A stretch of DNA of 64,000 nucleotides, from assembly GCF_036321535.1 (NCBI RefSeq), contig NC_087458.1:5766001-5830000 (forward strand), written 5' to 3'. This document shows positions 25,441 to 39,133 of this stretch, in pieces (within the stretch, counting starts at the first letter, position 1; each line of letters begins with the position of its first letter). The notes beneath the pieces were generated by a model. The model saw only the letters and a list, made by a program, of their open reading frames with translations, was not told the DNA's origin and did no database searches. The DNA comes from Camelus dromedarius (taxonomy: Eukaryota). The position numbers and the translations under genes were made by a program.

Positions 25441-26559
25441 AAACAATGAAAATATCAGATGGAAAGAAGAAGAAATGTGGAAAACAGAAAAATCCAATCA
25501 ATATGTAATCTGCATTCCTAAAGAAGAGAATGAAGCAAATCGAATAAAATAATCTAAAATAAATCCTTGGCTGTTCAGCATATTCCAAGGAAAAGAATGA
25601 TCCAGAATTTATCAAAACTGAGACATATTCTGATGAAGTTACTGTGTTGAGAAAAAAGAATTTGACTTCCATTTCCATCTGGTTGAAACAGTCATACTTT
25701 TTCTAATTTATTGCTAAACTCACAAAAAAGTAAAGGAAATCTTTGGAGACTCAAAGCAAAGGAGGAGCTGAAAACCAAGCAGCATGAGTTAATGTTACAG
25801 CTGTCCTCAGGAAGGGGTGGTTTCTAGCCTCAGGAAACAAAGGGCTTCAGTCTTTAGGGATCAGTTGAGAAGAAATGAGTCTTTATATCTGCAAATAGCC
25901 AGGAATTGGAAAGCCCCCTATGTGAAGCAAAGACCCTCAAAGAATTGCTCCCTTAGTGGAGGAATCGCCCTGAAAGAAAAATCTCCCACCAGCAAGAAGA
26001 GATCACAAGGAAGATTGCATAGCCTGATCCGGGACTCTGGATGGAAAAATCATCCAGAGAAAACGGTTTTCCTGGAGAAATTTTACCCATGGGTCTGCCT
26101 TCATGCAGATTTGGGATTTTAGTTTACATGGCTGGCGTGGTTCAGAAAATCTCAGAATAAGAAATTAGCATAAAAAGTGGTGTTATACTGGCAATGGCCT
26201 GAGGTGCTTGGCAAAAGCAAAATGACTTTGAAAACCCAGACTCTTAAAACAGATTAACCAGAATCCCCACCACCACCCCCAGATACAACTGAGATTGAAA
26301 TTTGAAAAATTACATAAAATAGGCAGTTTTGCAGGAAATAAATATATATAATATACCAACATTGAGAGAGAGAAAATCTAAAGACCTATAACTATTAAAG
26401 AAATTGATCAGTAGTATAAATCTACACAATAAAGGTAAAAATTAAAAATACAGTAGACTAAGATGGGTTTTGTGGGCAAGTTTATCAGATAATCAAGAAA
26501 AAAAATCTGTATCTCCAGAAAAAAAGGAAATAGTGCCCAGCCTACTTTATGTGGCAGAT

Positions 26560-27910
26560 ATGAAATAACCTTCGTGATAAAGATTGCTGGTTGCCCCATC
26601 ATCTGTTCTCCTCTTGTCTCTCATAGCAAAAGAACCCTTACTTGTAAGTTCAAATAAAGGCCACACTTCCCAGCTAGGTGTAGCCACGTGACTAAGCTCT
26701 GAGCAAGAGAAGTAGACAGAAGTGATGTAACTGAGCAGGACCCTATGGGACCTTCTCCAGACAGACCCACCATGTTCTCCACCTGCCTTGTGTTTGTAGA
26801 CAAGCTTTGGTGTCCCAGGCCTCCTGTGAGTCACAAAAAAAACAGCTCAAGAGTTAAGGATGGGAAGAATGTGAACACATAGTAACAAAAGTTATCAGTT
26901 GGACCAGGAGAACTGGTAACAATTTAAGCAACAGGTCAGCCACATAGCAGTCACAGACTCCTTAGTCCTTCCCTAAGGACATAGATAAGTGTCTGATGCA
27001 CATTCCTGAGTTGTTTTGCTGATACTAAAACCACTACCAGAAGGGAAAAGCTGCATGATCAGACCATAGCCATAACAAGCTGCTCCATCTTGAACAGTAC
27101 TCAGTCTCTGGCTTGGATAACTCCAGAAACTGGCCTCAAGGAAATGGGAACAAACTGGAGTTTGTTGATTAACTGCACTTAAAACAATCAAGGTGATGCT
27201 GACCAGACCACTGCTGGACCAGTTTTGAGCTGACTGTGCTGCTCTGCACATAGCCCCCACCTGCACACCCCTGAAACTTCCAGGTTTTCCCTATAAAATC
27301 CTCTTCCATCTAACTGGAAACTCAGAGGTGATTTTGGGGACACTAGTCCACCATCTTCCCAGATTGCCAGCTTCCTGAATAAAGCATCTGTCTTTTTTTT
27401 TTTTTTTTTTAGTTGACATATAGCCAGTTCACAATGTGTCCATTTCTGGTGCACAGCATAATGTTTCAGTCATACATATATATACATATATTTCTTTTCA
27501 TATTCTTTTTCATTATAGGTTACTACAAGATATTGAATATAGGTCCTGTGCTATACAGTATAAACTTGTTGCTTATCTATTTCATATATAGTTTTTCCAC
27601 CAACCCTTGTCTCTGGAACACTGACTTTTGAGCAATGATCAGCCAAACCTAAGTTCGTGTCTGGCTCTGATTCCGAACTTCTGATTCATGCCCTGAATGG
27701 CAGAGAACACCCCATTCTTTCATACTGCTGCTTAGAATACAGATGAGACGTCTGAACAATACAAACTAGGGATAGCTGAGCAGAGCCACCAAACCAGCCC
27801 TAGACCTCAAACCTCCAGATAGTACATCACAAAGAAATCAACTTCTTCCTCCTTCAAGCCACTGCTGTTTTTAGTATTTGTTACACACAGTCAAATCTGT
27901 GTACTAAGTA
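26560..27910 (+). mobile_element. MLT1 LTR split by an ERV1 LTR (about 26826-27680), itself split by an antisense L1 3' end (about 27392-27590)
   Basis: MLT1 5' part (CACTTCCCAGCTAGGTGTAGCCACGTGACTAAG) and 3' part (CAAGCCACTGCTGTTTTTAGTATTTGTTAC). ERV1 LTR with TATAAAA and AGTCCACCATCTTCCCAGATTGCCAGCTTCCTGAATAAA, similar to the 21.1-kb LTR. The poly-T-led L1 tail is the reverse of the family at 478-698. Confidence 0.7.
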
Positions 27911-28104
27911 GAGCACCCTAGATTCTAACAACAGAAATGTACCATCTGAGAAAGTAAATTAGCAGCCAATCTCACATCTGCTTACAGACTGAAAATCCTA
28001 AATAAAATGTTAGCAAATGGAATCTAGCATTACACTTAAGAAAAATACATCATGACTAAATTGGGCCTATGCCATGAATGCAGAGATGGTTTTATTTTGT
28101 CTTT

Positions 28105-28247
28105 GGTGGTTTTTTGCTTTGTTTTGTTTTTTGTTTTGATGGGGGAGATAGTTTTATTTATTTGTCTGTTTTTTGATGAAGGTACCAGGGATTGAACCTA
28201 GGACCTCGTGCATGCTAAGCACATGCTCTACCACTGAGCTATACCCG
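28105..28247 (-). mobile_element. Camelid tRNA-Ala SINE
   Basis: GGTACCAGGGATTGAACCTAGGACCTCGTGCATGCTAAGCACATGCTCTACCACTGAGCTATACCC. Confidence 0.9.
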
Positions 28248-29159
28248 CTGCATCCAGATATGGTTTTAACATTAGAAAATATATTACTGTAAGTCACCCC
28301 ATTAACAGATGAAAAATCAAAACCATATGATTATCTCAATAGATGTCAAAAGCAATACAAAGGAACAAAATCAAACTGACATCAGACTTCTCAACAGAAA
28401 GACTAGAAGCAAGAAGGCAAAGTAACAATGGTTTTGAATGTGTAAAGAAATCTTGGCTAGGGCCAAATAGTGGTTCAAATGTGAGGGTAGAATGAAAATA
28501 TTCTCGGACAAAACAGGCCTCAGGAAAAAGACCTGCATTAAAAACACTCTTAGAGAAAGGACTCAAATCAGAGGAGACGTAAATTAGAAGGATCCCTGAG
28601 ACATGGGGAGTAGAATTGGTTAAAGAATATGATCAAATTGATTATTTTAAAAGGCCAAAGGGGAAAGGAGAAAGAGGATGGGATGGTTGGTTGGCGAGCA
28701 GTCTCCAGTTGTTACAGACTGTATTTGCAGCTGGACTCCGTCTGCAGATGAGCTGTAAGCAAAAAGGCCTTGGCACAGAATTTTATTATCAGCCTCAGGA
28801 AAAGCCCTTAAAGGACAAGCCAGCTAGCCTTTGCTTGGAGACTTACACAAAGCAAGAATCAGCCTGAATTACAGGAACTTTCAAGATGAGGGGATGTGAG
28901 AGAGAGGAAAAAGCAAGACTACAGGGATGAGGGTGTGAAAAAGTACTTTTCCTTTTAATGGAAATGTAAAATGAATGATACAACTGGAAATTATTCAGAG
29001 GAGTAACATGGACTTAAATGAAAGCAACCATAACATTTTAAAAATGTAGAATGTATAACTTTTAAAATAGAAGAAAGTTGCCTCTATCCATTGGAAAGCA
29101 AGAAAGAAAAGAAAGAAAAAATAGGCATAGTATATAGGAAATTAAAAAAAAATGGCAGA

Positions 29160-29545
29160 GAATACTGCTTAGCTAGGAAAAAGAACGAAATTTTGACATT
29201 TGCAGCGATGGATGCACTTGGATGGACTTGGAGGGCATTATGCTAAGTGAAATAATTCAGACAGAGAAAGACACTGTATGATAATACTTATATGTGGAGT
29301 CTAAAAAAATACAACAAACTAATGAATATAACAAAAAAGAAGCAGACTCACAGATACAAGGACAAACTAGTGGTTATCAGTGTTGGGGAAGGACAAAAAG
29401 GGTTGGGGGATGGGGAGGTATAAACTATTGGGTGTAAGATAGGCTACAAGGATGTATTGTACAACAGGAGGAATACAGCCATTATTGTGTAATAACTGTA
29501 AATGGAGTGTAACCTTTAAAACTGTATAAAAGTTTTTTAAAAATT
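29160..29545 (+). mobile_element. Cetartiodactyl L1 3' end
   Basis: GGATGGACTTGGAGGGCATTATGCTAAGTGAAATA...AGCAGACTCACAGATAC...ACAAACTAGTGGTTA L1 3' hallmarks. Confidence 0.8.
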
Positions 29546-30594
29546 TATATGGTGGAATAAGTCTTAATTCCATAACAGTATTTGTAATCATGATGAACAA
29601 AATAAACATATTTCTTATAAGACAAAGTTTCCCAGATTGGGTTTAAATTTTTTTTCAGGAGTATGTTGCATACAAGAGAAATAAAATTAAATTAAATATT
29701 TAAATATTTTAAATTAATATTTAAAATATAAAAAATTAAATATTTAAAATAAAAGAATAGGAAAAAATTCACCAGGTAAACATAAAACATAGGAAGTATC
29801 AGAGAAGCAATTTTGATATTTGATAAAAGAGAATTCAAGATGAAAAAATATGAGACAAGAGGAACATAATACAAGAAAATATAAACATCATGAACATAAA
29901 AACACCAATAATATAGCCTCAAAATATACAAAGCAATAGCTAACAAAACTTCTGGAAGAAAGAAAGAAAGAAATTATAGTTAGAGATTTTAATACACTCT
30001 TCTTGGAAACTGATTGACCAAGGAGAAAAAAAAATAAGCAGAAATATAAAATAGCTGAATAATATTGAGAAATTCAAGCTACTGGTATCTATAGATCTCT
30101 ACACCCAACAAAGAGGAAGTGAACATTCTTCTCTAGCCCATGTGGATCATGTAATATTGAATAAGCTCTAGGACACAAAAGAAGTCTCAATAAATTCTAA
30201 AAACTCAATATCATATAGATTACAATTATGTTTTCTTACTATAATACAATAAAAATTTCTAATTAATAGATGATAAAATAGTCTTAAAGGAAACAGAAAA
30301 AGAAATGAAAACAGCTCTAATGGTCACAACAGGAGTATAGGTAAATAAATTAGAGCATATTTTTTAAGTGAAATATGATATAGTAATGGAAATGAATGAA
30401 CTCCATCAATATGGATAAATCTCTTATTTTAAACAAGAGGGGAAGTTGCTGAAGAATCCATGCATTATGATACCATTTATATAAAGTGCAAAAACATGTA
30501 ACACTAAGTAACATATTCCTTAGGAATATGTACATATGTGATCAAAAAAATTTTTAATCAAAGGAATCGTAAATACATAATTCAGGATGTTTGC

Positions 30595-31110
30595 ATAGGG
30601 AGAGAAAAATTTGCCACTCCAAAATGTGTCTCTTCAGTTTGAAGATTAATTTAGGTTGTTATTTTTTTAAGAAACAGAAGATTCAGGAAGTCTTTCTTTT
30701 TACCTCCCCCTCAGCTGCCTAAAGAATTTAGATAAAGGGCCTGTTCTCCAAACAGAGCTATCACCAGCTATACCTGCAGAGAATACAGGCTGGGTGTGGT
30801 GGAAAAGAGATCAGAGTCCACTGTGTGTCCCATTGTCTCTGCCTGCCTTAGCAAACATTTGTTTACCAAATGTTTACTTTTCCATTTCCAAGTGAATTGT
30901 CTACCTCCCCTTTGAAGCTCCAAACCACTACCCTTAAATTCCCCTTTTGTCTTTAGCTGAAGGAGGTATTTAAGATGAGGGTTTTGGCCATTTTAGTGAG
31001 TTACCCAGTTTTCCTGAGTCTCTCCCATGTATACATGTTATTAAACTTTCGTTTGATTTTCTCCTATTAATCTGTCTCATGTCAGTTTAATGCTTAGACC
31101 AACCGGAATA
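30595..31110 (+). mobile_element. ERV1-class solo LTR (MER34/LTR39-like)
   Basis: AGGGAGAGAAAAATTTGCCACTCCAAAATGTGTCTC start, TATTTAAG box, ATTAAA signal, ends ...GGAATAACA. Confidence 0.7.
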
Positions 31111-32199
31111 ACAGTGGCTACAGTGATGGGAAGGGCCCATGCAATATAAGATGGCACGTGGAGGCCTTCACCTGAATCTGTAGGTTTTGTTTTATTGCAA
31201 GTGATCTAAAGCAATTTTTTTAATATGTTCAGATTCAGCAACGCTTATGATTGGATACTGTGCTATTTTCTGTACTTTTCTGTATGCTTGAAATATTTCA
31301 TCACTAAAATGGTAGAAAAGGAAAGAGAAAAAAAAGAAGAGAGACCATCCATGGAGGGAAAGCAAGCCACAGACAAGGCAGGAAACTCCAGTTAGCCTGA
31401 GATTTTCCCATGCAGCTCGCAATGGCAGCAACAGTGGATCCATGTCTACGGGGCTCAGAGAGAAAGAATGCATGACCTGAGAATTTTATGCCCTACAAAG
31501 TATCAACAGTCTCAAGCTGAAAGAACTCAGGGAATACAGAAGCCAAGAGCCCTTTGAAACCCAATGAAAGAAGTGATGACTCAAATAAAGGATGCAGGAA
31601 TGAAGAGGCCAGGCTGAAAGGTCTGTTTGTGAGCACTGAATTCATAGAACTAAGACTAAACTTGCTTTGGAAATCTACAAAACAGAATGTAGATACTGTA
31701 TACGTCAACATTTTAAAATTAAGTAAGATAACTATCAGAAATTGGTAGATTGGGGTAGGGAAAACGGGAGGAAGTGTGAATATACTATTTTCCTTATGCT
31801 TCTGGCAGAGTCCAAAAATGCTATCCAGAATGAAAGCATGTGGTGAGGAGCTGTTTTTCATCTCTGAATCCTTTACAAATTAATATTTCTCATGATGAAA
31901 AATATTTATCTGAAGCTCAGTAATTTGTTCATTTTCCCTTTGATACTTTTCCCTTTTGTTATCTATAAGTAAAACTTTAATAGTACCTTTCATTATAAAT
32001 AACATGTATTATGGTTCCATTTTTGTAGCTTTTTTTCTGTTAGTCTGTCAGTCTCTCTCGCTGTCTGTACTGGTAGAGAGTCAAATGGTGTTCCACAAAT
32101 ATTAATGCTTATTTCTGGGTAGTGGGATAGTGATTAAATTTTTCCTTTCTTCTCTATACTTTACTGCATTGCTTAACTTTTTGTTGATGCTTCTGCTGC

Positions 32200-32870
32200 T
32201 GCTGGAGGATATGGGTCGTGGGCATTCTTTTAGAAGAAGTAGAAAAGATGACCTTGGCAGTTATTTCAAGAATGGATTGAAGCAGGTCATGTGGAAAACA
32301 GAGAAGACTGGCACTTGCAGTCGGGGGAGATGGTGATGGTTTTAAAATGATGGGAGGGGCATTAAAGAAGGAAACAAGTGGACAGATTTGAGATTTACTT
32401 TTGAGGTAAAACCAATAGAACTTGCTGACCAATTAGGGTAAGGAAGAACCCAAGAAGACCTCTGGATTTGGCTTGAACAGCTGAATATATGGTAGCACCA
32501 TTAATATGGGAAGGTGGGGTTGGAGATGTGGATTTGGAGGGAAAAACAAGAGTTTGTTTTTGGACTTGTCAGTTTCATACACTGTGAGACATCCATGTGG
32601 AAGTCACTTCCACAAGGACACTCCCCATTCCCAGGCTACATCAGGTTCCTTTGTTAAAAACTATTATAAGTATGATCCCTTAGGAGTTGACCTCAGTTTG
32701 TAATTATCCACTCAACAAATACTGAGTACTTAATCAGTGGCAAGTCTGCTAGTCACCAGCCATGTGTCTTTGGCTGAGTCACATGGCCTCTCTGAGCCTC
32801 GATATCTTTGTCTGTAAAATCCTATCTCACAGGATTGTCAGGAGGACCAAATGAGCCTTGGATGAGAAAG
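32200..32870. mobile_element. L2 and MIR fragments
   Basis: GATTTGAGATTTACTTTTGAGGTAAAACCAATAGAACTTGCTGA (L2); CTCTCTGAGCCTCGATATCTTTGTCTGTAAAAT (MIR). Confidence 0.6.
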
Positions 32871-33689
32871 ATTTTTGGTGTTTTTTTTTTAACTTTTAAC
32901 ATTGAACAAGCAGAAAGGATTGTATAGTTTTCCAAAAGGAACTTTATTAGGAATCGAAATGAAAAGGAAAACCAAAAGTACAGGAAGTACAAAAGCTGAC
33001 ACAGGTGGTTTTGGGTTCCTTACCCTAATGCGGCAAGATAAACCAGATTCTCACCCTGTAGAATGACAAGTGTGGCTACAGATGGGTTTGATGGGCATCA
33101 GTGGGCATGCCCACCTCAGTCTCAATAGTTTAGACACTAGACCAGGCCAGTGTGAGACTCCAGACAGATGGACCCTTCTCAGCTCCCCTGTGGGACCCCC
33201 ACAGGACCCTGCTTCTGGCTCCCTCTCCCCTGCTCTGTTCAGGCTGTCTGGTCCCTGGACTCCTTGGGGAGAGAGGAAGACCCACCCTTCTCTGACCCCA
33301 GCACTCCCCAGGGAGGCCTCCAGCTGAGCTGCCTGACTTTGCAGCGGCTGCTTTTGCTCCTTTGGGGCCTCTATGGTTTCAGGCCCTGCAGCCCAAGCGC
33401 TGACTGTTGTTAAGGTTCTCTGACCTCCACTGAAGCTCAGCATCCTCCCCAGCGCTCTAGGCTTGTGCTCAGACCCCTCTAGAAACAGGCCTCTAACTGA
33501 GGTCACACACCTGTTCATTTTAGAACAGCTCAGGGCCAGCTGTTCAAAAGTCCTAGAGGGATGGAAGTGTTGGTCTCCAGACACAAATCAGGGACAGCGA
33601 AATGAGCTCTATTCTGAGCCACCTCTGGGGTTTCTCATGGCACACCTGCACCTTAGGTTTCAAGGAACCACCGCATCAAGGACTTGGCA

Positions 33690-36600
33690 CCTGAGACAAA
33701 TGAAAATAAAAGCATAGCATACCAAAACATGAAATGCAGGAAAAGCAGTGCTAAGAGAGAAATTTATAGCAGTAAACATCTACATTAGAAAAAGAAGAAA
33801 GGGGATTTTTAAGGCAATAAAAGTACTCTGTATGATATTATAATGACAGATACATGTCATTATACATTTATCCAAATACATGTACCCGTAGAATGTACAA
33901 CACCAAGAATGGAATGTAATTGTAAGCTATGGACCTTGGGTGATTATGATGCGTCAAGGTGGCTTCATCTATTGTAACAAATGCACCACTCTGGTGGAAT
34001 ATGTTTATAATTGGGGAGGCTACACATGTGTCAGAGCAGGGAGTATATGAGAAATCTATATACCTTCTCCTAAATTTTGCTGTGAATTTAAAACTTCTCT
34101 TTAAAAAACTTAATAAAAATAAAAGAAAAAGAAAAGCAATATCAAATCTCAACCTAACTTTACTCCCCAGGGAACTAGAAAAGGAAAAAATTTAAATTTA
34201 AAGTTAGCAGAAGGAAGAAAGGAATAAATATCAGAGCGGAATAAAAGAAATAGAGAATTAACACAACAGAAAAAATCCAATAAACTAAGAGTAATTCTTA
34301 AAATACCAACAAATTTGACAAGTCTTTAGCTAGATTAACTAAGAAAAAAAAAAGAAGATTCAAATCGCTGAAGTCGGAAATGAAAGAGGAGACATTACAA
34401 CTGATGCCAGGGAAATACAAAGGATAATAAGACACTAGTGTGAACAATTATAAGCCAAAAATTTGGATAACCTAGACAAAATGGGTAACTTCTTAGAAAC
34501 ACAGAACCTACCAACACTGAATCATGAAGAATTAGAATTTCTGAACAGACTTATAATTAGTAAGGAGACTGAATCAGTAATCAAGAAAAAACCCAAACAA
34601 AGAAAAGCCCAAAACCAGATAGTTTCAATGCACTTTTCTATCAAACAATTAAAGAAAATTAACACCAATCCTTCTCAAACTCTTCCCAAAAGTTAAAGAG
34701 AANNNNNNNNNNNNNNNNNNNNNNNNNNNNNNNNNNNNNNNNNNNNNNNNNNNNNNNNNNNNNNNNNNNNNNNNNNNNNNNNNNNNNNNNNNNNNNNNNN
34801 NNNNNNNNNNNNNNNNNNNNNNNNNNNNNNNNNNNNNNNNNNNNNNNNNNNNNNNNNNNNNNNNNNNNNNNNNNNNNNNNNNNNNNNNNNNNNNNNNNNN
34901 NNNNNNNNNNNNNNNNNNNNNNNNNNNNNNNNNNNNNNNNNNNNNNNNNNNNNNNNNNNNNNNNNNNNNNNNNNNNNNNNNNNNNNNNNNNNNNNNNNNN
35001 NNNNNNNNNNNNNNNNNNNNNNNNNNNNNNNNNNNNNNNNNNNNNNNNNNNNNNNNNNNNNNNNNNNNNNNNNNNNNACCTCACCATAATGTAAGTCAAT
35101 CATAATGAAAAGCTCACAGTAAACATCATACTCAACAGTGAAAAACAGAAGACTTCTCCTCTAAGATCAGGGACAAGGCAAAGATGCCCACTTTTACCAC
35201 TTCTGTTCAGTGTAATACTGGAGTCCTAGCCAAAGCAATTAGGCAATGAAAATAAATAAAAGGCATCCACATGGGGAAAGAAGAACTAAAATTATCTCTG
35301 TTCCCAGATGACATAATCTTATATGTGCAAAACCTAGAGATTCCACAAAGAAATTGTTAGAACTAANNNNNNNNNNNNNNNNNNNNNNNNNNNNNNNNNN
35401 NNNNNNNNNNNNNNNNNNNNNNNNNNNNNNNNNNNNNNNNNNNNNNNNNNNNNNNNNNNNNNNNNNNNNNNNNNNNNNNNNNNNNNNNNNNNNNNNNNNN
35501 NNNNNAGTAATTAACTTAACCAAGGAGGAAAAAGACTTGTACATTGAGAACTACAAAACATTGTTGAAAGAAACTAAAGAAAGCACAAATAAAGGGAAAG
35601 ACATCCTATGTTCATGGATTGGAAGACTTAATATTATTAAAATGTCCACACTATCCAAAGTCATCTATAGATTAAATGCAATCCCTATCAAGATTCCAAT
35701 GGAATTTTTTTGGAAGAAGAAAAAAACTATCCTAAAATTCATATGGAACCTCAAATGACCTCAAATAGCCCAAAAAATCTTGAGAAAGAGCAAAGCTGAA
35801 GCCCTTACACTTCCTGATTTCAAAACATTTTACAAAGCTACAGTAATCAAAACAGTCTGGAACTGGCAAAAAGACAGACATACAGACCAATGGAACAGAA
35901 CGGAGAATGCAGAAATACACCTTCACATACATGGTCGAGTGATTTTTCAACAAGGATGCNNNNNNNNNNNNNNNNNNNNNNNNNNNNNNNNNNNNNNNNN
36001 NNNNNNNNNNNNNNNNNNNNNNNNNNNNNNNNNNNNNNNNNNNNNNNNNNNNNNNNNNNNNNNNNNNNNNNNNNNNNNNNNNNNNNNNNNNNNNNNNNNN
36101 NNNNNNNNNNNNNNNNNNNNNNNNNNNNNNNNNNNNNNNAGAGGAAAATCCTCATGACCTTGTAATGAGTGACGATTTCGTGGCTATGTCACCAAACACA
36201 GGTAACAAAAGCAAAAATAGGCAAATGGGATTACATTAAGCTTAAAAACTTCTGTGGGAAAAAATCAACAGAGTGAAAAGGTAACGTACAGGATGGGAGA
36301 AAATATTTGTAAACCATATATCAGATAAGGGGTTAATATCCAGGACATAAAGAACTACAACTCAATTACAAAAAAAAACCAAAATGAAAGAACAACAACA
36401 ACAAAAACATTTATAAATGGGCAAAGGAGCTGAATAAACATTTCTCCAAAGTAGATACACAAATGGTCAAGAAACATGTGAAAAGATGCTCAACGTCACT
36501 AATCATCAGGGAAATGCAAATTTAAAACAAATAAGGTATAATCTCACACTCATTAGGATGACCCCTATAAAACAAACAAACAAGAAAACAGAAAATAACA

Positions 36601-37265
36601 AGTATTGGTAAGCATGTGGAGAAATTGGAACATTTGTGCACTGTTGGTGGGAATGTAAAATAGTGCATCCACTATGGAAAATAGTATGGTGTGTCCTCAG
36701 ATTTTTAGCAGTAGAACTACTATATACCCAGCAATCCCATGTTTGGATTTACATTGAAAATATCTGAAAACAGGATCTTGAAAAGAAACTAGCACTCCAT
36801 GTTCATTGAAGCATTATTCACAATAGGCAAGATCTAGAAGCANNNNNNNNNNNNNNNNNNNNNNNNNNNNNNNNNNNNNNNNNNNNNNNNNNNNNNNNNN
36901 NNNNNNNNNNNNNNNNNNNNNNNNNNNNNNNNNNNNNNNNNNNNNNNNNNNNNNNNNNNNNNNNNNNNNNNNNNNNNNNNNNNNNNNNNNNNNNNNNNNN
37001 NNNNNNNNNNNNNNNNNNNNNNNNNNNNNNNNNNNNNNNNNNNNNNNNNNNNNNNNNNNNNNNNNNNNNNNNNNNNNNNNNNNNNNNNNNNNNNNNNNNN
37101 NNNATGGGGAGTTGTTATTGAACGAGTACAGAGGTTCAGTCCTGTAAGATGAAAAATTTCTGGAGATCTGCTGTACAACCATGTGCATGTAGTTAACAGT
37201 ACTGTAATGTGCATTTAAAATTTGTTAAGAAGGTAAATTGATGTTGTGTGTGTTTTTATCACAAA
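33690..37265 (+). mobile_element. 5'-truncated L1MB-type LINE-1 (degenerate ORF2 plus 3' UTR), four N runs, with a nested L1MC-like 3' end at about 33805-34120
   Basis: ORF2 peptides [21 protein letters not shown]...[12 protein letters not shown] and [32 protein letters not shown]; 3' end ATGGGGAGTTGTTATTGAA...TTCTGGAGATCTG; frameshifts and stops present. Confidence 0.9.
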
Positions 37266-38665
37266 TATATATATAATCACAAAAATATTCTTCTTCACAT
37301 TTCAGTCAAGGTGCCATTGTGATCCCCAGGACAGGTAAAGGCTATTCCTTCCATATTTGACTGGGGGAGGGTTATTGTGAAGGAGGGATGGGAAAGACCA
37401 GCATGCTACCTTGACTGCAAGCCCATTCAGAAGTAGGTCACTTTTAGAAGGTTAAGGATCTAAAATGGATTCCAATGAAAACTGTCTATGCCTATAATCT
37501 TTTGAAAACTCTTAAACGTTGGAGTACACTGCCCCAGGTTGAAAACCACCGACCCAGCCCTGCAGCCTGGATTTCCTGCCCTGCTTCTTTGCCTCCCCTT
37601 GGTGGCATGTGCTGTCTTTCCATGGTAGGGACTCCCTTGATGCAACAGCAGGAGAGAAACAGAGAATCTGGCATTGTCCTCTCCAACAGCTACGAATTCC
37701 AACCCTGGCCTCCCACACCTCTTCCTTTGCACTCTTACTTTCTTATCCCACAAACTTCTATGTATTAGAATAATCTGTTGCTGAGAATTCATTATCTCAC
37801 ACTATTCATGACTCAAGACTGAGGGTCATGGCCCCTCTCTCATGTAATTGCAGTGAGGACCAAATGGGAAACACTGTGAGCCTGGAAACTGAATATGAGT
37901 TGAGTTTGGGCTGTGAGGGCCCAGAGGTGGTGACAGGTGGCCTTTGGCCTTTCATAGAGGAGGGGAGGAGCTGCTGGCTCAGGGCTGACAGCACTTGCTG
38001 GAACCTGAGTTCTGCTTCTTGCTATGCCTTGGGGTTTCTTGGTGAGATTCCCCCTTGCCTCGGGGCCCAGGGCAAAGATCACCAAGGCATAAGGAGGTTC
38101 CAAGGAGTGGAAAGATTTTAATGAATATTACAAAGGGACTGGGTGAGGGAGACACAAACTTCAAATCCAGCCTTTATTGCCCATTTCCACAGCTGAGCAG
38201 GAGGAAAGGGGCTCAATCTTGCTTTGCTGTTTCCAGACCCAAAGGCAGCTGGAAAGCAATCCCTGGAAGTCTCCTCCACCCAGCAGAGGGGCTGAGAGAA
38301 AGGGGAGAGAGGTCTCTGCTGGGGCTGCCAGGCGCAGGGAGACCTGAAGCAGCAAGCTGCCCTCTAAAGGTCAGGAGACACCCGGTATCAAGTAGGAACA
38401 TCAGACGTTGGAAAGGTAGATAGACTGAACAGGTGGGGAAACTCTTGGGTCCCCAAACAGCATTGAGATCTCACAGAGGGGCCCCAGAGAGGCACCCCAG
38501 ACTGAGACACTCACAAAGGGGTGCTGACATCCCCCCCTTAGCTATTCAGCAAGGGTCAGGAGAAGGTCTGGAGGGAGAAGAGAGGACGGGGGTCTGGGCG
38601 GGCAGAGGAGGCTGAGGAGGAAGCCTAGGAAGAGCACTGGGGGGTGGGGACAGGGGGCGGGTCCT

Positions 38666-38824
38666 CTAGCTGCTGCTCAGCTGCTCCTGCTGGCGGATGA
38701 GGTTGGCGATGGGGCTGGTGATGCCGCCTATCAAGGTCCAGTACTCATCAAAGCTGATGCGCCCGTCGTGATTGGCATCCAGGTTCTGGATGAGCTTGTC
38801 AGCAGCCTTTCGGTTCCCCGTGTC
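38666..38824 (-). CDS. S100A16: S100A16 last coding exon (codons 52-103 plus stop)
   Basis: Translated by hand: DTGNRKAADKLIQNLDANHDGRISFDEYWTLIGGITSPIANLIRQQEQLSSS*. Acceptor CTCCCCAG|GAC; AATAAA at 38173-38178. Confidence 0.96.
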   Translation of the reverse strand, partial: DTGNRKAADKLIQNLDANHDGRISFDEYWTLIGGITSPIANLIRQQEQLSSS

Positions 38825-39133
38825 CTGGGGAGGAATCAGGGGTGAGCAGGGCTGAGGGTGGCAGCTCCGCAGAGCACCCCCTGCAGGACCCTAGGCAGAG
38901 TCCAGGGTCCGGCTGGGCAGCTGCTGCCCTTGGGGAAAAGGGAATAGAGCCCTCAGCGGCTCAGTCCTGGGCACCTGAGAACAGAGGCCTGGATGGGGTT
39001 GAGACCCTGGTTTGGGGGGATAACTCTGAAAGGACAGAGGCAGTGGTGGGGAAGGACACCCAGAGAGGACAAGGGCTTTCGGAGCTGGGGAAGGAGGGGG
39101 CGAGAAGGCCAAGCCCTCAGATAGGGCCCCCAC

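Larger units (their letters stand above)
24335..30590 (+). mobile_element. Fragmented ancient L1 (L1M/L1ME-type 5'UTR, ORF1, ORF2 and 3' pieces) with younger insertions
   Basis: AAGATGGCAGAGTAG L1 5' start; ORF1-like ATCAAACTGACATCAGACTTCTCAACAG; ORF2-like AAAATCCTAAATAAAATGTTAGCAAAT and AACCATATGATTATCTCAATAGATG; A-rich plus strand with no open frame. Confidence 0.65.

Noticed and set aside
34659-37214. ORFs containing long X runs
   Set aside because: Artefacts of N runs in a decayed L1; not an active ORF2.
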